From the NCBI GenBank assembly GCA_964432005.1, contig CAYSMB010000001.1, forward strand, positions 1-30,548: DNA of 30,548 bases. Direction: 5' to 3'. The notes under the pieces were generated by a model. That model was not told where the DNA came from. It made no database searches and worked only from the letters and a program-made list of their open reading frames with translations. Of the stretch, positions 18,180 to 26,265 are shown piece after piece. The DNA is from an uncultured Halobacteriales archaeon. Lineage in GTDB: Archaea; Halobacteriota; Halobacteria; Halobacteriales; SKNY01. The position numbers and the translations under genes are program-made. The number at the start of each line of letters is the position of its first letter. Position 1 is the first letter of the stretch.

Positions 18180-19400
18180 ATGACGGCCTCCCGCCGATCC
18201 TTTCTCGCGACATCTGGGACCGCTCTCGCGATCGGTATTGGGGGATGTCTGGATGCCCTCGGCGGCGATTTTCCGGGCGAACTCGCCATCGACTGGCACA
18301 GCGATACGATGACCCAGTACACGGAAAATCATCACGCGACCGCCGTCGCGGAGTTCGATGACGGGCCGGTCGTCGGGCTCCCCCGTAACGGCGCCGACGG
18401 CACGGAGGAATGCGGGATCGTCGGGGTCGGGCCCGATGGCGACACGCTATGGAACGACCCACTACCGCCGGAGAACTGTAACGCTCACGCGGTTGCGGAT
18501 CTCGCGGTCGGAAATATCGATGGGGACGACCGACCGGATTTCCTGACCGTCACCGAGCCCGACGGGGTTCTGGCGCACGATGTGGTCACGGGTGAGGTGA
18601 CATTCGAGGCGGACATCCTCGAGGAGATCGGCTACAGCGCGCCGGTCGTCGGGGACTTGACACCACGACCCGGATCTGAGCTGATCGTCGTCGACTTTGC
18701 CGGTAACCTCTCGGTGCTTCGTCGTGATGGATCGCTGATCTGGAGCGAGGAGTTAAACCAACCAGTATATCTCACCCCGATCGTCGCGGACCTCACCGGC
18801 GATGGGACGGTCAACCTAGCAGTCAAACACGGTCGAAGCCCCAGCGAGGTCGTGTGTTTCGCCGGCGAGGGGGATGTCCTGTGGCGGTCGACCCAAGAGC
18901 GACCGTCCCTGTACTGGTCGATGGCCGACCTCGGAAGCCACATGGGGCTGATCACGACGAGTGGGGAGACCGTCGAGCTCCTCGACGGGCGCACAGGTGA
19001 TGGGATCTGGTCGACCACCCTCGAAGCACGTGTCTCCGCCGGGGATACCGCCGACGAACGCGTGTATGCGACGGTCCAGGGTGGGGCGGTTCTCGGGCTC
19101 GATCTGGCGGATGGACGCGATCGTTGGCGCGCCCAAATCGTTGAGGAAAATCTGCGCATGACCGCACCCGCGGTCGGGAACGTCTCCAATGCGGGTGGGC
19201 GAGACGTGGTCGCTACCGCCTACGACGGTACGATCGCCGTTCTCGACCCTTCGGACGGCTCCATCCTCGCGCGTCGTCGACTGGACGGGACCACGGCGGT
19301 CCAACCCGTGTTGGCGGATCTGGACGGCGATGGTCGCGACGAAATACTGGTGCTCTATGGGGACGGTCGCGTGGCCGCCGTTTCCTATCACGACGCGTGA
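18180..19400 (+). CDS. Tat-exported lipoprotein with PQQ-like / FG-GAP beta-propeller repeats
   Basis: N-terminus MTASRRSFL (twin-arginine) with lipobox-like IGGC. Repeats containing W and DxDGD-type loops (NIDGDDRPD, DLTGDGTVN, DLDGDGRDE). Confidence 0.85.
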   Translation: MTASRRSFLATSGTALAIGIGGCLDALGGDFPGELAIDWHSDTMTQYTENHHATAVAEFDDGPVVGLPRNGADGTEECGIVGVGPDGDTLWNDPLPPENCNAHAVADLAVGNIDGDDRPDFLTVTEPDGVLAHDVVTGEVTFEADILEEIGYSAPVVGDLTPRPGSELIVVDFAGNLSVLRRDGSLIWSEELNQPVYLTPIVADLTGDGTVNLAVKHGRSPSEVVCFAGEGDVLWRSTQERPSLYWSMADLGSHMGLITTSGETVELLDGRTGDGIWSTTLEARVSAGDTADERVYATVQGGAVLGLDLADGRDRWRAQIVEENLRMTAPAVGNVSNAGGRDVVATAYDGTIAVLDPSDGSILARRRLDGTTAVQPVLADLDGDGRDEILVLYGDGRVAAVSYHDA

Positions 19401-19579
19401 TCATCCGCGGGACCGACAATTGCGAGTCCGGCTGGTCCGATCTCGGGGTCCGCGATTGACCGGTGGGGGTTGCCGACCACGATGCCCGATCGGGCATTCG
19501 CGTTGTTCCTCATCGGGCTGGTGGCCATAAACGCAGCGAGTGGCATGGACTTCGCCCACGACAATTGAACCGAGGGATT

Positions 19580-20284
19580 ATGTCCCGGGTCGCCGAGGGC
19601 GTTTGCGTGAGGACAGAGCGAGACGACGATACCGTCAAGGGGCTCGTCCATCAGCACTGGGACGGTCGCGCGGAGACGTTCGACGAAGCACCGGAACACG
19701 GGATTCACTCCGAGGCGCAGCGCGAAGCCTGGCTCTCGGTCCTCCGCGAGTGGACGGGGGCCGGTCCCCGGCGCGTCCTGGACGTTGGATGTGGCACGGG
19801 GGTCCTCTCCCTGTTACTGGCCGCGCTCGAACACGATGTCACTGGCGTGGATTTCGCCCCGAGGATGCTCGCCCGTGCGCGGTCGAAAACCGCCCGTAGC
19901 GATCACGAGATCGACTTCGTGCGGGGGGATGCGGAGACGCTTCCGGTCCAAACAGATACGGTCGATCTCGTCACGGCGCGCCACCTCGTCTGGACGCTCC
20001 CGAATCCACGTCATGCCCTGGCGGAGTGGCGACGGGTCGTTCGGCCCGACGACCACGTGCTCCTCCTCGAGGGCTACTGGGATCACGACGAGCCGTGGGA
20101 CGAGTACGAAGCGATCCACGAGGACCTCCCGCTGTACGACGGCCGCCCGCCGGCCGCCCTCGCCGATGTACTCGCCAGCGCTGGATTCGAAGGTATCGTG
20201 CACGAACCCCTCATGGGTCCGGTCTTGCGTGGTGAGGAGCCCCGCCACCAGTACTACGTCATGCGCGCCACCGTACCGGGATGA
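19580..20284 (+). CDS. Class I SAM-dependent methyltransferase
   Basis: VLDVGCGTG, GVDFAPRML, GDAETLP, DLVTARHLVWTLPNP. Confidence 0.92.
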   Translation: MSRVAEGVCVRTERDDDTVKGLVHQHWDGRAETFDEAPEHGIHSEAQREAWLSVLREWTGAGPRRVLDVGCGTGVLSLLLAALEHDVTGVDFAPRMLARARSKTARSDHEIDFVRGDAETLPVQTDTVDLVTARHLVWTLPNPRHALAEWRRVVRPDDHVLLLEGYWDHDEPWDEYEAIHEDLPLYDGRPPAALADVLASAGFEGIVHEPLMGPVLRGEEPRHQYYVMRATVPG

Positions 20285-20309
20285 ATCCGGAGAAAGTGCG
20301 AAGTTCCCC

Positions 20310-21092
20310 TTATTGGACCGCCGCCGCTTGGGTCGGTCGCGCCAGCTCCCCATCGTATTCGACGAGGCCCTGCCACGCCAGCTTCTCGATGTGCGCGAGC
20401 ACCGTCGCCTTGGCGAGGAAGTACACGTCCGAAACGTCCTTTTCGTAGGCCGCCTCGACGATGTCGTCCGGCCGCCGGTGGCCCGCCTCGATCACCTCGA
20501 GTACACGTTGCTCGCGGTACTTCCGGTGGCTCAAGAGGCGCAGACAGACCGACCGGGGATCCTCGATGACGGGGCCGTGGCCCGGATACAGTTTGTCGGG
20601 CTTTCGCGCCATGACGCGGCGTAGCGAGGCCATGTAGGCCCTGACGTCACCGTCATGGGGCCGGATGGCCACCGATCCCTCGGCCAGCGCGAGGTCGCCG
20701 CTGATCATCCAGTCCCCGTGGACGAAGGCGACGTGCTCGGGGGCATGCCCGGGTGTGTCGAGGACCTCCAACCCGTCGGCGAAGGACAGCACTTCGCCGT
20801 AGCGGAACGTCCGGTCCGGCGTCACCCCGGTCTCCTCCGCGAATCCTTCCTCGCGTCCACGCAGTGCCCAGACGGTCAGATCGTGCTCCGCGGCGTAATG
20901 TTCGACCCCCCGGATGTGATCGGGATGGTGATGGGTCAACGCGAGGTGTCCGACCCGATCCGCCACGGCCTCGTCCAGTGCTACGGACCGACCGGCCGGG
21001 TCGAGCACGAGGGCATCGCGTTCGCCGACGACGTACGCATTCGTCGCGCTTCCCGCAAAAGAGGCCCCTTCGATGGGGATACGAGAGATCAT
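20310..21092 (-). CDS. MBL-fold metallo-hydrolase with C-terminal winged helix (LACTB2-like)
   Basis: THHHPDH, TPGHAPEH, SGD, PGHG, and C-terminal AHIEKL..QGLV. Confidence 0.9.
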   Translation of the reverse strand: MISRIPIEGASFAGSATNAYVVGERDALVLDPAGRSVALDEAVADRVGHLALTHHHPDHIRGVEHYAAEHDLTVWALRGREEGFAEETGVTPDRTFRYGEVLSFADGLEVLDTPGHAPEHVAFVHGDWMISGDLALAEGSVAIRPHDGDVRAYMASLRRVMARKPDKLYPGHGPVIEDPRSVCLRLLSHRKYREQRVLEVIEAGHRRPDDIVEAAYEKDVSDVYFLAKATVLAHIEKLAWQGLVEYDGELARPTQAAAVQ

Positions 21093-21153
21093 TCGTTACC
21101 TATCTCGGGTTCTCGGCGAGCCCTATCTCTTTTGATTGTGCCCTCCTGGGGTG

Positions 21154-21339
21154 CTATGCCCAACGGCGGTAGATCGTCACCACGACGGCGAAGATCGCGA
21201 CGGCAACGCCGATCCAGGTCGCGATCGCGGGCCCCTCGCCGCCGAATCGCCATCCGAACATCGTGTACCCGATCGCCCCGACGACGGCCGCGAGGACGCC
21301 GACGAACACCACGAGCTTGGACCGACGATCTCGGTGCAT
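21154..21339 (-). CDS. Small two-TM membrane protein (61 aa)
   Basis: MHRDRRSKLVVFVGVLAAVVGAIGYTMFGWRFGGEGPAIATWIGVAVAIFAVVVTIYRRWA, the 3' end of the long shadow ORF 21154..22701. Confidence 0.65.
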   Translation of the reverse strand: MHRDRRSKLVVFVGVLAAVVGAIGYTMFGWRFGGEGPAIATWIGVAVAIFAVVVTIYRRWA

Positions 21340-21392
21340 TGCCCGGTGGATGGAGCCAGGCCCTGATGAACATCCCGGATCCCCACCCGTGG

Positions 21393-21491
21393 TTAGAGCA
21401 GGATCGTCTGGGCCAACCCAAGGAAGACGAAGAACCCGAGGACGTCCGTGGCGGTGGTAATGAAGATCGTCGCTACCATATGAGGCGGGTC
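21393..21491 (-). pseudogene. mgtE: 3' remnant of an MgtE magnesium transporter (last TM helix)
   Basis: Reads DPPHMVATIFITTATDVLGFFVFLGLAQTILL*, matching the MgtE C-terminal motif DP......FITT.TD..GF..FLGLA. An in-frame TAG lies immediately upstream. Confidence 0.7.
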
Positions 21492-21532
21492 CTACCGGAA
21501 CGAATTTACCGGTCACCGTGTCCCTTCCTGGC

Positions 21533-21601
21533 ATGGTTTCCGAACGCTGTCTCGGCGAACATCTTGCTGCCGGCCGGATTCTCGGAGGGGCCGGGCGATG
21601 A
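21533..21601 (+). other. 22-codon upstream ORF coupled (ATGA) to the downstream gene
   Basis: MVSERCLGEHLAAGRILGGAGR*. TTTACC lies 22 nt upstream of its ATG, and its stop overlaps ATG 21598. Confidence 0.35.
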
Positions 21602-22665
21602 CGGACGAGAACGAACTCGAAGAGGTCAACGACTCCCTGTACGCCCAGGGAATGACCGACGGGCTGCCGATCTATCCACCGACGGAGGAGCGCGTCGAGG
21701 AAATGCTCCGCGGAACTGACCTCCCGGCCGATCACGTGATCGGCGAGCTCGGAAACAACGAGAACCCCCTGACGGTCAGAGCGCTCGCGTCGAACGGCGT
21801 GATGGCCGGCTGTCTGCCCATCTACATGCCGGTCCTCGTCGCGGGGGCCGAAGCGATGGCCGATCCCGACTCGAATACGATCCAGTCGTCGGTTTCCACC
21901 GGCTCGTGGGCCTATTCCTGGATCGTGAACGGCCCGATCCGTGACGCCATCGAGATCCAGAGTTCCACCAACGCCTTCGGGCCGTATTTCCGGGCGAACC
22001 GCACGATCGCGCGCGCGCTGGGGCTTGCCTACAAGAACACCGCCAAACTGTTCCCGGGCGAGAAGGATATGGGCGTGGTGGGCAATCCCGCCAAGTTCAG
22101 CTTCCTGGGCGGCGAGAACGAAGAGCAGAGTCCGTGGGAGCCCTACCACGTGACCCACGGCTTCGACGCGGATGCCAGTACGATCACGCTCTTCGGACCG
22201 AACGGGTTTCTCAACTGGATTCCGCGCGAAAATACCGCCGAAGGCGTCCTCAACGGGATGATTCGAAATACACCCTCCTCGATGCGGGCGTTCGTCGGCC
22301 CGGACTGGAACGGGACGATCATTCACGCGCTCAACCCGTATAACGCCGAAGAACTGGAGAAGGCGGATTTCTCGAAAGCCGAGATCAAGGAGTACCTCGT
22401 GGAAAACTCGTATTCGAACGACCAGTTCGGTGTCGGCATGTACGACGAGGAGGGCCAGAAGGTGCCACCGCGGCAGGTGCCCCAGTACCAGGCCGCCGAG
22501 GCTGTCAAGCTCGTGACCGTCGGGGGCCCGGGACGCTGGAGTGCGATCATCGGTACGTCGGCCGCGGGTCCCATTACGAAGGAGATCGACCTGCCCGACG
22601 AATGGGAGGCGCTCGTCGAGGAATACGCGATCGAGCTTGAGTGGTACGAGGATATGACGTACTGA
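21598..22665 (+). CDS. Uncharacterised 'TDGLP' protein of the type usually encoded beside UGSC-family (seleno)proteins
   Basis: GMTDGLPIYPPTEERVEEML, VMAGCLPIYMPVL, STGS...IVNGP, RANRTIARAL, GNPAKF...ENEEQSPWEP.H...GF, and C-terminal VGGPG. Confidence 0.65.
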   Translation: MTDENELEEVNDSLYAQGMTDGLPIYPPTEERVEEMLRGTDLPADHVIGELGNNENPLTVRALASNGVMAGCLPIYMPVLVAGAEAMADPDSNTIQSSVSTGSWAYSWIVNGPIRDAIEIQSSTNAFGPYFRANRTIARALGLAYKNTAKLFPGEKDMGVVGNPAKFSFLGGENEEQSPWEPYHVTHGFDADASTITLFGPNGFLNWIPRENTAEGVLNGMIRNTPSSMRAFVGPDWNGTIIHALNPYNAEELEKADFSKAEIKEYLVENSYSNDQFGVGMYDEEGQKVPPRQVPQYQAAEAVKLVTVGGPGRWSAIIGTSAAGPITKEIDLPDEWEALVEEYAIELEWYEDMTY

Positions 22666-22770
22666 TCGTCCGGTGAAACCATTCATCGAGGAACCGGTCA
22701 ACTCGGGGGCGAGATTTGCAGTTTACTCTCTGCATAGTTACATGCTCTCCCCAACCCGATCCAGGACACC

Positions 22771-22974
22771 ATGGCATCCATGCGACGAGGACTTGGCGTC
22801 GCGATCGCGATCGCCGTGGGGATTCTGACCCTCAGGCGCTGGCGACGACGTCGATCCACACGCAAGGCGGAGGCCCACCCCGGCGAGGATCCCGCGACCG
22901 CTTCCGAACATGCCGCGGCCGCGACGGAACATGCGCGGCTCGCGGCGGAGAAGGCCTTTGAAAAGAAGTCATAA
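22771..22974 (+). CDS. Small single-TM protein (67 aa)
   Basis: Hydrophobic N-terminal helix, then RRWRRRR and an Ala/Glu-rich helical tail; it fills an intergenic gap. Confidence 0.6.
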   Translation: MASMRRGLGVAIAIAVGILTLRRWRRRRSTRKAEAHPGEDPATASEHAAAATEHARLAAEKAFEKKS

Positions 22975-23035
22975 GACGGCCTTTCCGTGGTTTCCTTCAA
23001 CGTACGGCACTTGTAGAAATTCGGCGAGCGTGATC

Positions 23036-23722
23036 TCAGAGGAGAATTTCGATCGCATCCGCGAGGAAGACAATCCCGAACCCGGCGAGCACGATCGCGC
23101 TCAACACGGCGATCACCGGCGCCAACGCGTCGATCCGTCGACCAGCCCCGACGATGGCCGCGGGAAACCCGACAATCCATACGACGATACCCCCGAAGAA
23201 AGCAAGCACCAGCGCCGGGCTACCCGTTTGGACGACGAGAATGTCGGAAAGATCGACGAATCGGTGAAGAGCCGGGGGCAGATACGAGAGCACATCGAGA
23301 TGCCCAGGCTCGAGGAGACCGACCCCAATGATGAGCCAGAAGAGGATTTGATACGGATTCGTCAGCGCGAGCACCAGCGCCTTCCGGAATCCCCGCGCGT
23401 CCTCCGCGATCCGCTCGTCGGGGCGGAACGTCGATCGGGCGCTATCGAGCGCCTCGAAGGCAAAGTAAAGCATCAGCAGGCCGCCGAACGCGACCATGAC
23501 GTTTCGGATGGTCGGGAATCGGTCGACGAACGAGACGGCGCCGATCAGCGCGAGCACGAAGAACGTGGCATCTGCGGTCATCGCCCCCAATCCCGCTTTG
23601 AACCCGGCATACCAGCCCAGTAACGCGCTCTCCTCGGCGATGATCGCGTTCATCGGCCCGGGCGGGGCTGCGAGTGCCAATCCGAAGAGCGCCCCCGCGA
23701 ACAGCGTTGCGGCCATCGTCAC
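23036..23722 (-). CDS. LysE-family translocator
   Basis: GLALAAPPGPMNA, GFKAGLGAMTAD, LALTNPYQILFW. Confidence 0.92.
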   Translation of the reverse strand: MTMAATLFAGALFGLALAAPPGPMNAIIAEESALLGWYAGFKAGLGAMTADATFFVLALIGAVSFVDRFPTIRNVMVAFGGLLMLYFAFEALDSARSTFRPDERIAEDARGFRKALVLALTNPYQILFWLIIGVGLLEPGHLDVLSYLPPALHRFVDLSDILVVQTGSPALVLAFFGGIVVWIVGFPAAIVGAGRRIDALAPVIAVLSAIVLAGFGIVFLADAIEILL

Positions 23723-23830
23723 GCTGGACTAGGCTGTTCGAGGAGATCTTAAGGGGTTGTGTTCAGGGCGCACGGGCAAGTGTTGGACATCGTGCATCTC
23801 CTCGATCAATGCGCTTGCTGGCAATGCGAA

Positions 23831-23836
23831 TTAATT
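23831..23836 (+). promoter_or_regulatory. TATA-like box
   Basis: TTAATT 22 nt upstream of ATG 23859. Confidence 0.5.
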
Positions 23837-23858
23837 GGTCGAGCCCGTAGGGACTGGC

Positions 23859-24740
23859 ATGCGTCAATCCGACCCAAGCGGTGAGACTACCCACGTCGAA
23901 GGTGCGGAAACAAGCATCGACGAAGGGGGCGAGTTGGCCGACGATGTCACCGATCGCATCCGGACGAGCGTCGATACCGGGATCTTGCCCGCGATCGTGG
24001 GTGGGCTGGGTCTGCTCGGCGGTTTCCGGGCGTTCCGTCGAGGACACCGTAAGCGAGGGTTCCTCGGCGTATTGCTCGGCGTGGCTCTGCTGGCCGGGGC
24101 ATTACTGCGGCGGCGTTCCCGGCACGATGCGGGCGGCGATCCCGGCCTCGATATCGAAACAGCGGACGAGGGTGAGACGACGGAGCCCATGGCCCATTCC
24201 GCCCCCGATCTCGGGGCGGCGGAATCTTCGTCCGACACGCGTTCGGGAGCGTCGTCAGTCGAGGAGGGACAGGTCGCCGACACTGCGGTCGAACGCGAGG
24301 ATATCGACGAGGAGTCGGGACTGGACCCGGATGAGCTCGTGGCCGAGGATATCGATCGGTTGGGCGAGGCCGCCTTCGACGCCCAGAGCCAGGAAGTCCC
24401 GGTACCACAACGGGCGTTCAACCTGGAACTGCTCTCCCATGGGAGCGAGGCGTTCTGGGGCGTCCGAGCGTCGGATGGGGCGGTGCTCGTTTCGCAGAAT
24501 TACGGAGCGCTCGAGGAACGTGAGGGCGTGGAGTACATCGCCAGCAGCGAGATCGGCGCGGACGTTCGCGAACTGCCGATCCCGTCGGCCGTTCGGAACC
24601 ACTGGGACGACGAAATCGGCGGTTCGATCGCGCTGGCCGGCGAGGACGACATCCTCTTCGCGACGACTGAATCGCTCGCCGAGGACGGGTTGTTGTGGGT
24701 CTTGCCGGCGGCGTGGGAGGACGAACGGTTTCCCGGGTAG
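23859..24740 (+). CDS. Hypothetical membrane-anchored acidic protein with a globular C-terminal domain (possibly tandem AbrB-like)
   Basis: Two hydrophobic segments near the N-terminus, a long D/E/S-rich linker, and a compact C-terminal domain of about 125 aa. Confidence 0.7.
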   Translation: MRQSDPSGETTHVEGAETSIDEGGELADDVTDRIRTSVDTGILPAIVGGLGLLGGFRAFRRGHRKRGFLGVLLGVALLAGALLRRRSRHDAGGDPGLDIETADEGETTEPMAHSAPDLGAAESSSDTRSGASSVEEGQVADTAVEREDIDEESGLDPDELVAEDIDRLGEAAFDAQSQEVPVPQRAFNLELLSHGSEAFWGVRASDGAVLVSQNYGALEEREGVEYIASSEIGADVRELPIPSAVRNHWDDEIGGSIALAGEDDILFATTESLAEDGLLWVLPAAWEDERFPG

Positions 24741-24851
24741 ATGACTTCGATGCCCCTCGGTCGATGGAGTGGTGGCCTTCCGCACGTTATCAATGCCATG
24801 GAAGCGCCCCTGTCGTTGAAGTGATCGTCGAGGGAATATCACTACGAGAAG

Positions 24852-25237
24852 ATGTCAAACGCAGTATTGGCCACCGACGGTGACCGAGACCGCGCACTCG
24901 CTCAAGCGGACGCGCTGATCGACCTCCCCATGAACGGTCGGCGACGACCGTCCACATTTTCCACGTTTTCGAGGACAATCCCGAGGGTGGCTCGGTCAAC
25001 CACCTGAAGGCCGCGCGAGCGGCGCGGGAGCGACTGGAGGACGCCGGGTTCCCGGTCGAATTCATGGAATCGAGCGGCGATCCGGCGACGGAGATCGTTT
25101 CGTATGCCGGGGAAATCGAGGCCGATCTGATCAGTCTGGCCGGCCGGAAGCGTTCCCCGGCGGGAAAGGCGATCTTCGGGAGCGTCTCGCAGGCCGTATT
25201 CCTGAACGCGGACCGACCCGTCCTCCTGACCGGGTAA
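24852..25237 (+). pseudogene. Universal stress protein (USP) gene with a single -1 frameshift
   Basis: MSNAVLATDGDRDRALAQADALIDLP switches frame near 24936-24941 into TTVHIFHVFEDNPEG...SGDPATEIV...AGRKRSPAGKAIFGSVSQAVFLNADRPVLLTG*. The span is 386 nt, one short of a multiple of 3. Confidence 0.8.
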
Positions 25238-25269
25238 CCGGCGATTCGTCGGGCAAATCGCAACATACG

Positions 25270-25431
25270 CTACGTTCGTCGGACGGAGCCTTCGATCCAG
25301 ATGGTTTCCATCTCGCAGGCGGGACAGTCACGCAAGGTCTCGAGCGGTCGATCGCCTGATTCCACGGCCGATGCATCCACCGAAGCTGTCTTCGTCAGCC
25401 CACAGACGACACATTCGAACTTGACCTTCAC
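25270..25431 (-). CDS. Small zinc-finger microprotein (CxxC...CxxC, CPxCG-related)
   Basis: GTG start; MKVKFECVVCGLTKTASVDASAVESGDRPLETLRDCPACEMETIWIEGSVRRT* (53 aa). An AT-rich element lies about 25-32 nt upstream. Confidence 0.75.
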   Translation of the reverse strand: MKVKFECVVCGLTKTASVDASAVESGDRPLETLRDCPACEMETIWIEGSVRRT

Positions 25432-25578
25432 GGCGTGAACCTACGCATTTCGAATCAAAATAGTTGTCTGAAATCCCGGGGCCGGATGAAAGCTGGAGAT
25501 CAGCTCGGCCATCGGCGAGGGTTCGTGTGGCGATCGTTTAGGGCACCCGGTCGCGGTTTCATAGGACTGATCTCGACG

Positions 25579-26193
25579 CTATGAGGACGGATCTCGCAGG
25601 AGGCTCTGGTCGACGAGCGCCCGGACGCCCTCCCGGACTTCCTCGGCCTGAGGATCGTCCGTCGTCGCCTGGAGCGTGAGCGATCCCGTGATGACCGTCG
25701 TCAACAGCGGGGCGGTCCGGTCGGGATCGACCGGTCGGAAGACGCCATCCTCGATCCCCGTGCTGATGATGTCCGCGAGCCGCTCGCGGAACAGACGGTC
25801 GTGTCGCGTGAAGTGATCGCGGTACCGCTCGTCGTTGGCCCCCTGGGCCCGGAGCTCGGCCATCGCCCGGATAAACGCGGCATGCCCGACGGGGTTGTTC
25901 TCGGCGACCATCCCATCGAGAATCGTATCGAGCCGTTCGGCCGGGCCGCGGGAGGGCTCCCGCGGGACCCGCTCCTCGAACTCCTCGAGCATATACTCGA
26001 GAAAGTCGAGCAGCAGCTCGTCCTTGCCGTCGTAGTGGTGATAGATCAGCGAGGTGCTCTTCTCGAAGTGATCACTGATCCGCTGGATCGTCAGATCCGC
26101 GTAGCCGTGTTCGCAGAGCGCCCGGTAGGTCGCCTGGATCAGTGCCTCTCGGGTGCTCTCCGGCTCCTCGAAGAATGTCTGGGTGTCCGTCAT
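25579..26193 (-). CDS. TetR/AcrR family transcriptional regulator
   Basis: LIQATYRALCEHGYADLTIQRISDHFEKSTSLIYHHYDGKDELL helix-turn-helix; BetI-type C-terminal domain. Confidence 0.93.
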   Translation of the reverse strand: MTDTQTFFEEPESTREALIQATYRALCEHGYADLTIQRISDHFEKSTSLIYHHYDGKDELLLDFLEYMLEEFEERVPREPSRGPAERLDTILDGMVAENNPVGHAAFIRAMAELRAQGANDERYRDHFTRHDRLFRERLADIISTGIEDGVFRPVDPDRTAPLLTTVITGSLTLQATTDDPQAEEVREGVRALVDQSLLRDPSS

Positions 26194-26265
26194 GATCGGC
26201 CGTGGCCGGGTTCGATCCGAGACGTCCCGACGGAGTGGCGTTGTTCTTTCGGTCTCATGATGGGC

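Noticed and set aside
19469-19568. Short hydrophobic frame ...MPDRAFALFLIGLVAINAASGMDFAHDN*, faintly like the ammonium transporter GLVAIT motif
   Set aside because: Too short and too weak a resemblance to call a gene remnant without a profile search.
21599-21601. Possible selenocysteine TGA read-through joining the short ORF to downstream sequence
   Set aside because: The TGA is simply an ATGA overlap in a different frame from the TDGLP gene, and haloarchaea are not known to use selenocysteine.
21340-22701. Upstream part of the 515-aa minus-strand ORF
   Set aside because: It is antisense to the motif-rich TDGLP gene. Only the last 61 codons look like a real membrane protein.
23738-23805. 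10-bp inverted repeat TCGAGGAGAT / ATCTCCTCGA in the lysE divergent promoter
   Set aside because: The arms are 48 bp apart and one such match among many intergenic regions is plausible by chance. No cognate regulator is nearby.
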